A stretch of 64,000 nucleotides of DNA from Mobula hypostoma. Its lineage: Eukaryota. The notes below the pieces were generated by a model. The model saw nothing but the letters and a program-made list of their open reading frames with translations, had not been told where the DNA came from and ran no database searches. The stretch is from assembly GCF_963921235.1 (NCBI RefSeq), contig NC_086097.1:170750001-170814000 (forward strand), in the 5' to 3' direction. Position numbers and translations under genes: made by a program. Shown here one piece after another: positions 36,361-50,027 of the stretch (within the stretch, counting starts at the first letter, position 1; every line of letters begins with the position of its first letter).

Positions 36361-38964
36361 AGCCTAATTATGGGAATTTATAATAACCAAGTAACCTCCC
36401 AACCAGAATATCTTTGGAATGTGGGAGGAAACTGGATCACCTGAAGGAAAACTCACACAGTCACAGAAGAATTTACAGACTCCTTACAGGCAACAGTGAG
36501 AATTGAACCTAGGTTGCTGGTACTGTAAAGCATTGTGCAAACCACGACACTACCATGCCTCCCCAGTACGTTCTTAAAGGCAGAAGCCAACAAAGATAGT
36601 TGGCATGGTTTTGCAGGGGAGATCCTGTCTTCCATGGAGGTAACTAGGATGCTGGATAAAGGCAGAATAATAGATGTTGTCTAACTGGATTATTGTATGA
36701 CTTATGCCAAAGTCCCACGTGGGAGACTTGTCCAGGAGGTTAAGGTACATTAGTTTCAAGGTAAGCTGACTAATTGGATCTAAAGCTGACTTGGTGAGAA
36801 GTGGCAGAGGGTAGTGGTGAAAAATTACTTTTCTGACTGGAAGTCTGTGATTAGTGGTTTAAGGTAGGAATCAGTGTTGACACTCTTAATTATTTACAAT
36901 GTAAATTCCCAACTTAGATGTGAATGTAGGAGGGATGATTGGTAAGTTTGTAGATAACATGTAAGTTGGTGATTTTGTGCATAGTGAGGTAGCTTGGCTA
37001 TGACTACAGCTGGATATTGATCAGGTGGAAAATTGGGTGGAATATTGTTGATAGAACTGAATTTTCACAAGTCCAGTACACTTTCCAAAGTCAAATAAGA
37101 TCAAGATACGCAGTACATAGTAAATGATAGGGCACTAAGGAATATTACTGAATAGAGGGTTGTTAGGATTCCCTGAAAGTGGCATCAGAGCGGTGTTTAA
37201 GGCAAATGGCATGTTTGCCTACATAGTTTGGGAACAGAATATAAAAAATGAGATGTTATGTTGCAACTTTACAAAATGTTGGTCAGACTCTACCTGGAAT
37301 ATGTGCTGTAAAACTTCATAACTTAAATAATTTCCCCAGTGCCCTGGTGTGCCTGTTACAGTTGTTCAGAATTCAGAATGTTTGTCCAACAACCTAACCA
37401 CTGTGTTACCACTCACTAATAACTCAGGCAGAATGTTGTGTAGGTACAAGGGACCCCAGGTACTCGAATATGTGGAACTCAGCAGATCAGGCAGCATCTG
37501 TGGAGGGAAATAGATGACAGACGTTTCAGTTTGAGAATCTTCATTTAGAGAGGGTGGTCACTCAGAGATCCCACCAGTTGTCTGCACTGTGAATGGGTTT
37601 GGATGCTGGTCTGGAGTGAAGCTCACTGCCTATGGGTTCCAGCATTCCTCTCCCATCAGGCTAAATTGACTCCATTCTGAAATCACTGCACTCTGGAATT
37701 CAATATGGATTCACATTTGAAAGTAGGGCCTCAGCCAGACCCATGACAGTCAGCAGGCAGTCTTGTCAGTACATAAAGTCTCATGGTTGATGCTGGGTTA
37801 AAAAAAAATGAGTGGAAGTGTTGCTGTGCAGATGGAATGCTTAGAACCCAGCCCTCCGCTCATTTGAAGCCCTGCATTCTTTTCTTTTTCGAGGCTTGCG
37901 AACTATTAGAACACAACAACTATTCTTCAAGATGTTAAAGCGCCTGATCTGTGTGAATTTTCCTTTATTGTGGCTGTCAGACCCTTCAACTCATTGCAAT
38001 TATTTTGTGAGATAAAGGGCATTGCTCAACATGCTGAACCTGACAATTAAAAGTGAAAATATTCCACCGTGTGGAAATTGTAGTGGAACATTAATGATTA
38101 TTCAGGAGGCTTTTTATAGTCAAATAGACTCTGCCTGGCGATGTGAGACACTCAGAAACTAAATGGTGACAGCAATAGATGGTGAGCTGCAGGCTTCTTA
38201 AGTTCCATATGTGTTGCTGAGGCCACAAGGAGTAGTTGCAGCTCAGAAACGGTTGGGAAGGAGAGGAAGCTAATTATTGCCACTCTACAAATATCTTGAG
38301 GAACTCCCTAGGAAGGTGCAGGAAGGACTTTCTGGAATGGTTCCAGTGATAAGGAATTGAAGCTAAACGTTGGACTGGAAATATTACAGTGGTCCTCCTT
38401 AAAGCAAAAAAGGTTGGGAAGAGATTGGAAGGAATTCTAATAGGTTTAGGGAAAATAGATGGAGATAAGTTGTTCCTCCTAGCAGACAGTTCAAAGACAA
38501 AAGGACACAGAAACAAGATTTTGATTAAATGATGAACAGGGAAGTATAGAGAAGTTTTATTTAGCCAGCCGGTATATTCATAGGCCAGTATCAAAAGGAG
38601 TATGTTAAAACACCAAATTTAAATGCATTTTTATCAAAATATACAATACATTTGCCACGTCTTGGATGATAGTCATAAATGGATGTGATTATTTTTTATT
38701 ATATCAATGCAACTGCTGTGAGACCAAAGACAAAGTCAAGTTTATGGGCAGGTGCAATGAAAAACTTACTTGCAAGACCATCCCAGGCACGTAGCATCAG
38801 ATAAGCAGCATTCACACACAAAAAGTACAAAATAAACATAAATTCCACATAATTATTTGTGATTTTGTAATGCATGCATTTATTTCTTTTAGAGTAATGA
38901 TTCCCCTTAGCACTATGTATGATCTGTTGTCTGGAGATGCATATTGAAATGTTGTCTGCACATT

Positions 38965-38965
<1 letters not shown>

Positions 38966-39054
<89 letters not shown>

Positions 39055-39056
39055 TC
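38966..39056. repeat. (CT)n microsatellite with CTGT interruptions
   Basis: Direct reading. Confidence 0.97.
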
Positions 39057-39354
39057 CAATTTGAATACACCAGTTAAAGCCATCTACCATGTGCATGCTT
39101 TTATTTTAATTGATATGTAGTTGCAAAACCATGACAGATTTTACACAACTGATTAGAATTAAAAACATGTCAATTTAGTGCAAGGTGATTGAACCAACCA
39201 GCATAATCCTAATCACTAACTTAGTATAGTGCTAAGAACCAAGTGATTCTGTATCCTACTCAATGGTAATTACAAGGAGATGGCAAACAGAGCACGGTGG
39301 GGATTTATGATGATCGATCATGACTTCCTGAGCTGGTGCTACATGTAGATACTA

Positions 39355-42300
39355 CCAATGCCAGCACATACTTTCTTCGTTAAAGTTCCCAAAACTTCCC
39401 TCAATACTCCAAGTGGAGTTTGATCAATGCTTTATTAAGCCTCAGCATAACATCCTTGTTTATATATTCTAGTCCTCTGAAATGAATGAATAAATGCTCA
39501 TACTGCATTTGCCTCCTTACTACTGACTCAACTTGAAAGATAATCTTCAGGGGATCTTGCAGAAGGACTCCCAAGTCTCTTTGCACCTCTGATTTTTGAT
39601 TTTTCTCCCCATTTAGAAAATAGTCCATGCCTTTATTCCTTCTACCAAAGTGCATGAACATAGACTTTCTTATTCTATATTCTGTCTGCCACATGTTCGC
39701 CCATTCTCCCAATTTGTCTAAATCCTTCTGCAGATTCCCTGCTTCCTCAGCACTACCTGCATCTCCACCTATCTTTGTATAGTTTGCAAACATGGTGACA
39801 AAGCCATCAAATCTGTCATCAAAATCATTGACATTTAACATGAAACGAAGTAGTCCTAATACCAACCACTAGTCACCAACAAGTAACCAGAATAGGCCCT
39901 CTTTATTCCCACTCTTTGCTTCCTGCCAGTCAGCTGATCGTCTATCCATACTAGTGTCTTTCCTGTAATACCATGGGCTCTTATCTGTTAAGCTTCTTTG
40001 TGCGTAGTACCTTGTCAAGAACCTTGTGAAAACCAATAAACAACATCCACTGTCTCCCCTATATCTATCCTGACTGTTATTTCCTCAAAGAGTTCCAACA
40101 GATTTGTTAGGTAAGATTTCCCTTTAAAGAAACCATGCTGACTTTGGCCTACTTTATCATGTGCCTCCAAGTACCCCAAAACCACATCCTTAACAATTGG
40201 GTCCATCTTCCCAGCCATTGAAATCATGCTAACTGGCCTATAATTTCCTTTATTCTGCCTCCCTCCCTTTTTGAAGAGTGGAGTGACTTTTGCAATGTTC
40301 TAGTCCCCCAGAACCATTCCAGAATCTAGAGATTCATGAAAGATCATTACTAATGCATCCACAATCTCTTCAACTACCTCTTTCAGAACCCTGGGGTGTA
40401 GACCATCTGGGCAGGTGACTTATAGCATCTACCTTCAGACCTTTCAGCTTCCCAAGCACCTTCTCGTTAGTAATAGCAACAAATAAACGACATCCACTGA
40501 TTCTTCTTTGTCTAACTTGTCTGTTATTTCCTCAAGTAATTCCAATGGATTTGTCTGGCAAGATCTCTCCCTCAGAAAACCATGCTGTCTTTGAACTAAT
40601 ATATCAGGTGCCTCAAGTACTCCAAACCCTCATCCTTAATAATAGACTCCAACATCTTTCCAACCACTGAAATCAGGTCAAAGGGTACATAATTTCATTT
40701 TTTTCACCCTTCGTCCCTTTTTAAAGAGTGGCATTATTTCTCAGTCCTCCTGAACCATTCCAGATTCTAGTGATTCTTGAAAGTTCATTACCCATGCCTT
40801 CAGAATCTCTTTAGGTACCTCATTTAGAACCCTGGGATGTAGTCTATCAGGTCTTGGTGACTTACTTACCTTCAGACCTTTCAGCTTCCCAAACACCTTC
40901 TCCTTAGTAATAACAATGACACTCACCTCTGCGTTCTGACACTCTCAAATTTCTGGCATACTGCTTGTGTCTTCTGTAGTGAAGACTGATGCTAAATGTT
41001 GAACCATACATGAATTTTCGTGAATACAGCCAATCAAGGCAGAATTACTCTGGGGCCAAGGTGCAAAAAGGGTCTTGCCATCACAAGAAGAGTGACCAAG
41101 ATGGTCACTTGCTATTAGACTGTAAACCTCCTTCAACTCGGGCAGCAGCACAATGCGCAGCTCCTTCATTTTTCCGCCATTGAGCAATTTGCTGATGGGG
41201 TAGACCTGCAGTACTTTGTTCTTTATGTAGAGCAAGATCCTGCGATCATTAGAAATACATTTGAACAGGACACGAGCAGCTTTTGTTGATGCTGTGAAGC
41301 CACTTTGACCAAACACACTGCTATCTTACAGGAAAAGTCCTCCATTATTACCTCTCCAGCATCATTTTCAAGCAGTGTGATATTCAACTCTTACCTCTCT
41401 TTTACTCTTTACATATCTGAAAAAATTTTGTTATTTTTATATTACTGGCTAGTTTACCTTCATATTTTATCTTTTCTCTCCTTATGATTTTTCATTGCCT
41501 TCTGATGGTTTTCAAAAGCATCCCAATCCTCTAAGTTCTCACTAATTTTTGCAATATTATAGCCCCCTCTTTTGCTTTTATGTTGTCTTTCACTTCTCTT
41601 GTCAGCCATGGTTACCTCTTTTTCCCCTTGGAATACTTCATCTTTTGGATGTATCTATCCTGCGCCTTCCAAATAGTCCCCAGAAACTCCAGCCATTTGC
41701 TGTTCTGCTGTCATCCCTGCTGGAGTCCCCTTCCGATCAACTTTGACCATCTACTTTCTGATGCTTCTGTCATTCCTGTTACTCCACTGTAATACTGATA
41801 CAACTGAATTTATCTTCTCCTTCTCAAACTGCAGGGTGAATTCTATCATATCATTCTATAATCTACCTAAAAGAAACCTTAAGCTCCCTAATCAAATTTG
41901 ATTCAATACACAACACCCAATCCGGTATTGACTTTCCCCTCATGGGCTCAACCACAAGCTGCTCGAACACGTAAACATTCTACAAATTCCCTCACTTGGG
42001 ATCCAGTACCAACCTGATCTCTCTAATCAACCTGCATATTGAAATCCCCCTTGACTGCTGTAACATTGCCTTTATTACATGCCTTTTCCCATTGTAATTT
42101 ATATCCTATATCCTGGATACTGTTCGGAGACCTGTATAAAACTCCCATCTGGGGCTTTTTATCCTAGCAGTTTCTTAACTCTGCTGACAAGAAATCTACA
42201 CCTTCGGATACTCTTTCTACTCTTTCTAAGGATTTGATTTGATTTTTTACCAACAGAGCCACCCCACCCCCTCTGCCTACCTGCCTGTCCTTTCGATGCA

Positions 42301-43590
42301 ATGTATATTCTTGGATGTTAAGCTCCTAACTATGATCTTCATTCAGCCATAACTCAGTGATGCCCATGACATCGTACTTGATAATCTCTAGCTGCAGTGT
42401 AAGATCATCTACCTTATTCCGTATTCTGTGTGCATTCAAATATAACACCTTCAGTCTTGTATTTATCACCCTTTTCAATTTAGCCAGCATGATACACTTC
42501 AAATCACCCCACTGACTGCAATCCTGTCCTCCCTCGCAGACTCACTACACAATGCATCAACTGTATACCAACTGCCCCATCCTCAACCCTATCCATCCAG
42601 TTCCCATCCCTCCGCCAGCAATGATATTGGACCCTTTGGGTTCATGTATAATCTGCCATTTTTGTACATGTCATACCTTCCCCAGAAGAGATCCCAATGA
42701 TCCAGAAATGTGAGACCCTACCTCCTGCACTAGATCCTCATTCATCTACACTGTCATCCTATTCCTGCCCTGATTAGCATATAGCACTTGGAGTAATCCA
42801 GAGATTACTACCTTTGAGGTCCTGTCCTTTAGCCTCTTCCCTAACACCCGACACTCTCTGTGCTGGACCATTTCCTGCTTTCTACTTAAGACATTGGTGC
42901 CGATATGCAGCACAACCTCTGCCTACTCACCCTCTCTCTTGAGAATCTTCTGCACCCTCTCTGAGACATCTTGGACCCTAGTACCTGGGAGAAAGCACAC
43001 CATCCTGGCTTCACTTTGGCGGCCACAGAATCTGCTGCCTGTCTTCCTAACAATTGAGTCTTTGATCACGATCGCTCTGCCTGACTTTTCCCTTCCCTGC
43101 TGAGCCTCAGAGACAGCTGCAGTGCCATTGGACTGGCTGCTGCTGCTGTGTCCTGACAGGTCATTCCCCCAGCAGTATTGCTGAGGGGGAAATAGCCACA
43201 GGAGAGCCCCGTTTTGAATGCTTGTTCCCCTTATTTCTCCTGGTAGTCATCCATCTATTACCTGAAGCCTGCACTCAGGGAGTGACCACCCCAGTAAAAG
43301 TCTCAGTTATGAGGCTTTCAGCCTCCCGAAGATCCTGAATACATTCAGGTCCAGCTCAGTTTCTTGACCTTGTCAGTTAGGAGCTAAAGTTAATGTACTT
43401 TCTGCTGATGTAGTCATCAGAGAGACTGTTAGGTACCCTGAAATCCCACATCTCACAGGAGGAGCATTCCACTGACTTAACTATTATCTTGCTTACACTT
43501 GTTATACCTCTACCTTCTCAAACTTAATTTCTTCCCTGCACCTGTCCTCGCCTGAGCTCGTTGAGCTAAAGCTTGGCCCCTCTAACACTG
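39355..43590 (-). mobile_element. Long decayed CR1 LINE including ORF1 (zinc-finger and SGNH-esterase remnants), with an internally duplicated segment and a foreign insert
   Basis: RT pieces (QSQHGFFKGKSYLTNLLELFEE; LKVSKSPRPD.LHPRVL.EV). ORF1 rc reads RAIVIKDSIVR...RMVCFLPGTRVQDVSERVQKIL..EG...EVVLHIGTN and ECSSCEMW. Segment ~40035-40480 recurs at ~40482-40920. Confidence 0.88.
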
Positions 43591-43619
43591 CAAGTTGTGA
43601 ACAGCAACTTAATCTTTAC

Positions 43620-46560
43620 GGAATCCTGCCTGAGGACTTCCAACTCCCTTTGCACCTCTGAGTTCTGAAAGCTCTCCCCATTTAGAAAATAGTCTTCACT
43701 TTTTTTCCTTTTGCTGAAGTGCATGACCGTACACTTCCCTACACTGCATTTTCCATCTCCCTCTTTTCCTATTCTCCTAATCTGTCCGAGTCCTTCTCCA
43801 TACTCCCTGCTTCCTTAAAACTACCTGTCCCTCAACCTACTTTATATCATTCTCAAACACAGGCACAAAACCATCAGTTCCATCATCCAAATAATTAACG
43901 AGTAACGTGAAGAGAAATGACCCCAAAACTGACCCCTGTGGAACACCACGAGTCACTGGAAGTCAACCAGAAAAGGCGCCATTTTTCTCAATCTTTGCCT
44001 CTTGCTGTTCAGCCGATCTTTTATCCATGTTGGTATCTTTCCTGTAATACCATGGACTCTTTTTTGTTTAACAGACTCATATGTGGCATCTTGTCAAAGG
44101 CCTGAAAATTCAAGTAAGTAAATTAAACTGAATCTCCTTTGTCGATCATACCTGTTATTTCCTCAAAGAAGTCCTCTTCTCATTATTGCCATCAGGGATG
44201 AGGTACAGGAACCTGAAGACCCATATTCAATGTTTAAGGAACAGCTTCTTCCCTTCTGCCATCAGATTTCATGAAAACTTCCACACTATTCCTCTTTTGC
44301 AGAGTATTTATGTATTTATTTTATTGTAACTTATAATAATCTGTTTTGCCCACACTGTACCGCTGTAACAAAATAACAAATTTCATACCTAATATCACTA
44401 ACAACAAACTTGATTCAGATTCAGATTTTGAATTCTGTTTATGCTGCAAGAAGTCTTCCAGTGTGCCTTTGCATACATATATATGTGCAGATGACAGTAA
44501 ACTTGTCTTTGACTTTGATGTAATATGATGCTGTGTCCAATCAAGAACCTATCAAACTCTGCCTTATATTAACCCAACGATCTGGCCTCCACAGCTACCT
44601 GTGGTAACAAATTCCACAAATTCACCAGCCTCTGGCTAAAGAAATTTCTCCACATCGCTGTTTTGAATGGACGCCCCTCTATCCTTAGGCTGTATCCTAG
44701 ACTCCTCCACCATGAGAAACATCCTTTCCGCATCTAGTCTGTCTTAATCTTTCAACATTTGAAAGATTTCAATGAGATCCCCTTTTATCCTTTTAAATTC
44801 CAGCGAATACAGACCCAGATCTATCAAACGTTCCTCCCGTGATAATTCTTTTTTCCCAGAATCATACTTATGAACCACCTCTGAGCCTTCTCCAATGCGA
44901 GTACATCATTCTTTCAGATGAGAAGCCCAAAACTGTTCACAATACTCAAGGTGAGGCCTCGCCAGTACCTTATGAAGCCTCAGCAATACATCCCTGCTCT
45001 TGTATTCTAGTCCTCTTGAAATGAATGCTAACATTGCATTTGCCTTCCTCGCCACCATCCCTACCTGCAAGTTAACTTTTAGGGTGTTCTGCACAGAACT
45101 CCCAAGTCCCTTTGCATCTCAGGTTTTTTGGATTTTCTCCCCATTTAGAAAATAGTCTGCACATTTATTTCTACTACCGAAGTACATGAACATGCATTTT
45201 CCAATATTGTGTTTCATTTGCTACTATCTTGCCCATTCTCCTAATCTGTCTAAGCCCTTCTGCAGCCTACCTGTTTCCTCAACATTACCTGCTCCTCCAC
45301 CAATCTTTGTATCATCTGCAAACTTGGCAACAAAGCCATCTATTCCATCATCTAAATTATTGATATACAACATGAAAAGAAGTGGTCCCAACACCATCCC
45401 CTGTGGAACACTACTAGTCACTGATGGCCAACCAGAAAAAGATCCTTTTATTCCCACCCACTGCCCCCCACCAATCAGTCAATGCTCTAACCTTGCAGTA
45501 ACTTTCCTGTAATACCATGGGCTCTTAACTTGGTAAGCAGCCTCGTGTGTGGCACCTTTTCAAAGGCCTTCTGAAAGTCCAAATATACAACATCCACTAC
45601 ATCCCCTTTATCCCTCCTACTTGTGATCTCCTCAAAGAATTCCAACAGGTTCACCAGGCATGATTTTCCCTTAAGGAATCCATGCTGACTTTGTCCTGTG
45701 TCACCAAGTACTCCATAACCTCATCCTTAAAAATTGACTTCAACATTTCTTTGTTTTTGGAATACATCTATCCTACACCTTTATAATTTTTCCTAGAATC
45801 AAATGCCATTAGCTGCTCTGCTGTCATCCCTGCCATCATCTCCTTCCAATTCACTTTGGCCAACTCCTCTCTCATACCACTGCAATTTCCTTTACTCTAC
45901 TGAAATATTGCTACATCAGACTTTACTTTCTCCCTATCAGATTTCAAGTTGAACTCAGTCATATTGTGATCACTGTCCCCTAAGGGTTCTCTTAACTTAA
46001 GCTTACTAATCATCTCCAGTTCATTACATAACACCCAATCCAGTATAGCTGATCCCCCAGTAGGCTCAATGACAAATTGCGCTAAAAAGCCATCTGATAG
46101 CCATTCATCAAACTCATTCTCTTGAGATCGTTTACCAGCCTAATTATTCCAATCGACCACATGTTAAAATCTCCCATGACTGTCATAACATTGTCCTTTT
46201 GGCACACCTTTTCTATTTCCTGTTGTAATCTGTGGTCCACATCCCAACTACTGTTTCAAGGCCTGTATACGACTGCCATCGGTGTCCGTTTACCTTTGCA
46301 GTTTTTCACCTCAACCCACAAGGATTCAAAATCTCCCAATCCTATGTCACATCTTTCTACTGATTTGACGCCATTCTTTACCAGCAGAGCTACACCACCC
46401 CCTCTGCCTACCTTCCTATCCCTCCAATACAATGTGTAACTGTGGACATTCGGCTCCCAACTACAACCATCCTTCAGGCATGGTTCAGTGATGGCCACAA
46501 CATCATATCTGACTATCTCTAGTAGTGCAACAAGATCATCCACCTTTTTTTTTATACTCT
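43620..46560 (-). mobile_element. Further CR1 fragments (43620-44170; 44535-46560 with an internal deletion)
   Basis: VTSSVPQGMVLGPLLFMLYINNLDDG...KFADDTKIGG; YDVVAITE..L...RDRKVGRGGGVALLVK (APE). Confidence 0.88.
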
Positions 46561-47894
46561 TGTGCTTTTTTGATTCTTTAGCCAATTCACAGCACAGCAG
46601 CTGAGGACCAGATCTCAGAGTAAGGGCTCATCATTTGAAGAATCTCCACTCAAAACGTGCAATGTCTACTTTCCTCCACAGATACTGCCTGACCAGCTGG
46701 GTTTCTCCAACTTTTGGTGTGTTGCTCAAACCCAGCATCTGCACTCTCTTTTGTCTCCATTTAACCCTCTTCGATAGCACTAGCCAACCCTCCCTGCATG
46801 GATATTGATCCTAGTCCCACCCAAGGAGGAACCTGTCTGATCGGTGAACCTGCCTGATCTAATCTGCCACAGAAAGTGCTCTGATCTCTCTAGTCACACA
46901 TCCATTTGCTCTGTCCTCCTATTCTTGAACTCATCACGTGTGACATATCCTGAGATTGGTTCCTGTGAGATTTTGTTTTTTAGTCTCCCTCCTAACATTG
47001 CTCACAGGCCTTCATCCCTTCCTCTACTCTGTCTTTGGCTTCAATATGCACCATAGCTTTTGGTTCTTCAGCCCTGTTCTTTAAGCTGCCTTGCAACCCT
47101 TCATTGACTCTTGCAATATAACATCCTGCAGTCACATCTGCAGCCATATGAATATATGTCTGCTTCTCCTCTACCTACTGCACCATTTATCCCCTTCCCT
47201 TCTCCCTGTAAAGTTGAGCCACCCATTGGTTCTGTGGCTCCAGTCTTTGCTACTCATCACAGGGGAGTACAAGACCATGAGACATAGGGGCAGAAATAGG
47301 TCAATCAGCCCAACGAGTGCTCCACCATTCAATCATGTTAGATTTACTTACCCTTCCAACCTTATCATCCTGCCTTTACCTTCGAATCCTTTATGAATCA
47401 AGCAATCTATCAAACTCGCTTTAAATATATCCAATTAGTTGGCCTTGACAGCAATCTAGGACAATGAATTACATGGTTTCTCCACCCACTGGATAAAGGA
47501 ATTCATCCTCATCTCTGTTCTAAATGGGCTGTGGGGTGAACTCCCCCAATACATGTTAACCATGAAAGTCTCAACACACATGAACTTTGGTGACGTCAGC
47601 ATTGCTCAAACTGTGAAACTCATAGTTCAAGATACTTTAGCACTATAATTCTTCATAATGCAGTTATGACTCACTCTATGATGCACCCTTTTTAATAAGC
47701 TTCTTGCATTTAGATGCATTGACTCCCAAGGTGAAAAACAATGAGCAGCCAATTCAATGAGATAAAAACAAACTTTCAACCAGAACTTGGCAGATAAAAC
47801 AATAATTGAACAGTGGGAGGCTTTTAAAGTGAGCAGGTTTCAGACACAGTCTAGGTACATGATTTAGAAGAATAGGGAAATATAAAACAGATGA

Positions 47895-48205
47895 CCATTG
47901 GGTAACACAGCTGTAGTGCCACCATCTCAAAGCTCTAGAGAGCCACGTTCAATCCTAACCTTGGGTGTTGACACAGTGTGGAGTTTGCATGTTTTCCTTG
48001 TGCCTTCTGCTTTCTCCCACGTGCTAAAAATATGCACATTAGTAGGTTAATTGCCTACTGTTAATTGCCTGTAGTAGGAGAATCCGGGGTAACAGCTCAG
48101 AATGTGGAGAGAGTGAACTGGGATTAGTGTAGGATCAGTGTAAGTGGCTGCTAGTTGGTTGGACTCGATGGGCCTAAGGTCCTTTTATTGTTCTGTATGA
48201 CTCTG
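47895..48205 (+). mobile_element. V-domain SINE (HE1-like); similar copies at ~3535-3830, ~32085-32300 and ~55825-56100
   Basis: gttcaatcctaacctt (B-box) followed by gtgtggagtttgcatgttttcc...tttctcccac and a CR1-like tail. Confidence 0.65.
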
Positions 48206-49403
48206 TGATCAGAAGGTAGAGAGTAAATTAGCATAAGAGAAAAGGACATATGATAGTTAAAACCACTGACAGCCAGACTGGTGGTGGGCAGTTGAAGATT
48301 CTGCCCAGGCTAAGTGCCTGCTCCTCTACTAGGGTTATGGCCATTCCTGTATGTTGCTGGGGACAGAATACACAGTGTCCATATTCATGGGCTCACTGGA
48401 TGCCTTTCAGATCTGGTGGGGTGTTCATTTGAATAAACATTTTTATATATATACAAATATATATCTCTCTGTCTAAGATAGTGTCGAGGTACGTCTTCCA
48501 TTGATTTGCAGCTCGGATTAAATTGTTTTTTTTTAATTGTTTAATTTTTTTATACTTCAGTGTTATTTAGGTTCGTAAGGATGGTTTTGGGAACAGAGAG
48601 GGAAGCTACGGGTCAGGTTAACTTTTAGGAACATTGAAGTGGAGAATTAGAGATAAGGCTGGAGTCTATGTCTCCACACCATGTTCAAAGATCAGTGACG
48701 TGGGCATGAGATATCCATTGTTGGATGTCAGACGTAGGTCAGGCAGAGAGGGCAAGGGCCCACTTGGGTTAGCGAGATGTCAGCAGTTTCCTGAGTCAGA
48801 TTTCTATGTGGGCAGGAGGAACAAGTTCTGATGACACTCTGGGTTTGCAAATCGATGAGACCGGAGTTTGAGGCCTAGTGTTTGGTGATCAGCATGACCT
48901 GGAATTAATGCCAAGGATTGAGGCCTGAGATAAAATTTGTTACCTTATGGCACTAATACAGCGCAAGCTATAAATATTTCTATAAGTTATAAAAATAAGT
49001 ATATAGAGCAAATGAGAAACAGTGAGGTGGTGTTCATGTGTTCATGGACTGTTTAGAAATCTGATGACAGAGGGGAAGATGCTGTTCCTATAATGTTGAG
49101 TGTGGGTTTTTGGTCTCTTGTACCTTGTCTATGATGGTAGTAATGAGAAGAGGATAGTCTGGTGTTGTGAATGTCCTTAATGATGGATGCTGCCTTTTTG
49201 AGTCATTGTCACTTGAAGTAATCCTCAGTAGTGGGAGGCTTGTGCCTGTCATGGAGCTGTTTAAGTCTATACCCTATGAAATGTCTTTCCATTTTGCACA
49301 TCGGAGCCTCCATATCAGGGTCTTGAGGTTATATCCCCAGCTCTAGAATAACCTACCAGTAGAAACAACTTTCCTGCCTCTATCTTATCTATTCCTTTCA
49401 TAA

Positions 49404-49870
49404 ACAACAGGAAATATGCAGATGCTGGAAATTCAAGCAACATACATCAAAGTTGCTGGTGAATGCAGCAGGCCAAGCAGCATCTATAGGAAGAGGTGCA
49501 GTCGACCTTTCAGGCCGAGACCCTTATATTTCGTCTGGGTAGCCTCCACCCTGATGGCATGAACATTGACTTCTCTAACTTCCGCTAAGGTCCCACCTCC
49601 CCCTCGTACCCCATCTGTTACTCATTTTTATGCACACATTCTTCTTTCTCTCACTCTCCTTTTTCTCCCTCTGTCCCTCTGAATATACCTCTTGCCCATC
49701 CTCTGGGTCACCCCCCCTTGTCTTTCTTCCCAGACCTCCTGTCCCATGATCCTCTCGTATCCCCTTTTGCCTATCACCTGTCCAGCTCTCGGCTCTACCC
49801 CTCCCCCTCCTGTCTTCTCCTATCATTTTGGATCTCCCCCTCCCCCTCCAACTTTCAAATCCCTTACTCA
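49404..49870. mobile_element. Penelope-like insertion with an internal inversion
   Basis: 15-bp TSD CTATTCCTTTCATAA (49389-49403, 49871-49885). A minus-oriented terminal segment is joined at cctt to plus-oriented LIFRLGSLHPDGMNIDFSNFR and UTR. Confidence 0.85.
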
Positions 49871-49936
49871 CTATTCCTTTCATAATGTTGTTTTTTATAA
49901 GATGCCCTCTCCTTCTAACAAATTCCAGCAAGTATA

Positions 49937-50027
49937 CTCACAACACGCTGGAGGAACTCAGCAGGTTGGGCAGCATCCGTGGAAACGATCAGTCGACGTT
50001 TCGGGCGAGAACCCTTTGTCAGGACCC
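49937..50027 (-). mobile_element. 91-bp Penelope-type mini-insert consisting of a hammerhead motif and a terminal segment
   Basis: 14-bp TSD TTCCAGCAAGTATA (49923-49936, 50028-50041); rc gtc-CTGACAA-AGGGttctcgCCC-GAAA-CGTC-gac. Confidence 0.82.

Noticed and set aside
38699..39096. ORFs with ERERER runs
   Set aside because: Translation of a (CT)n microsatellite.
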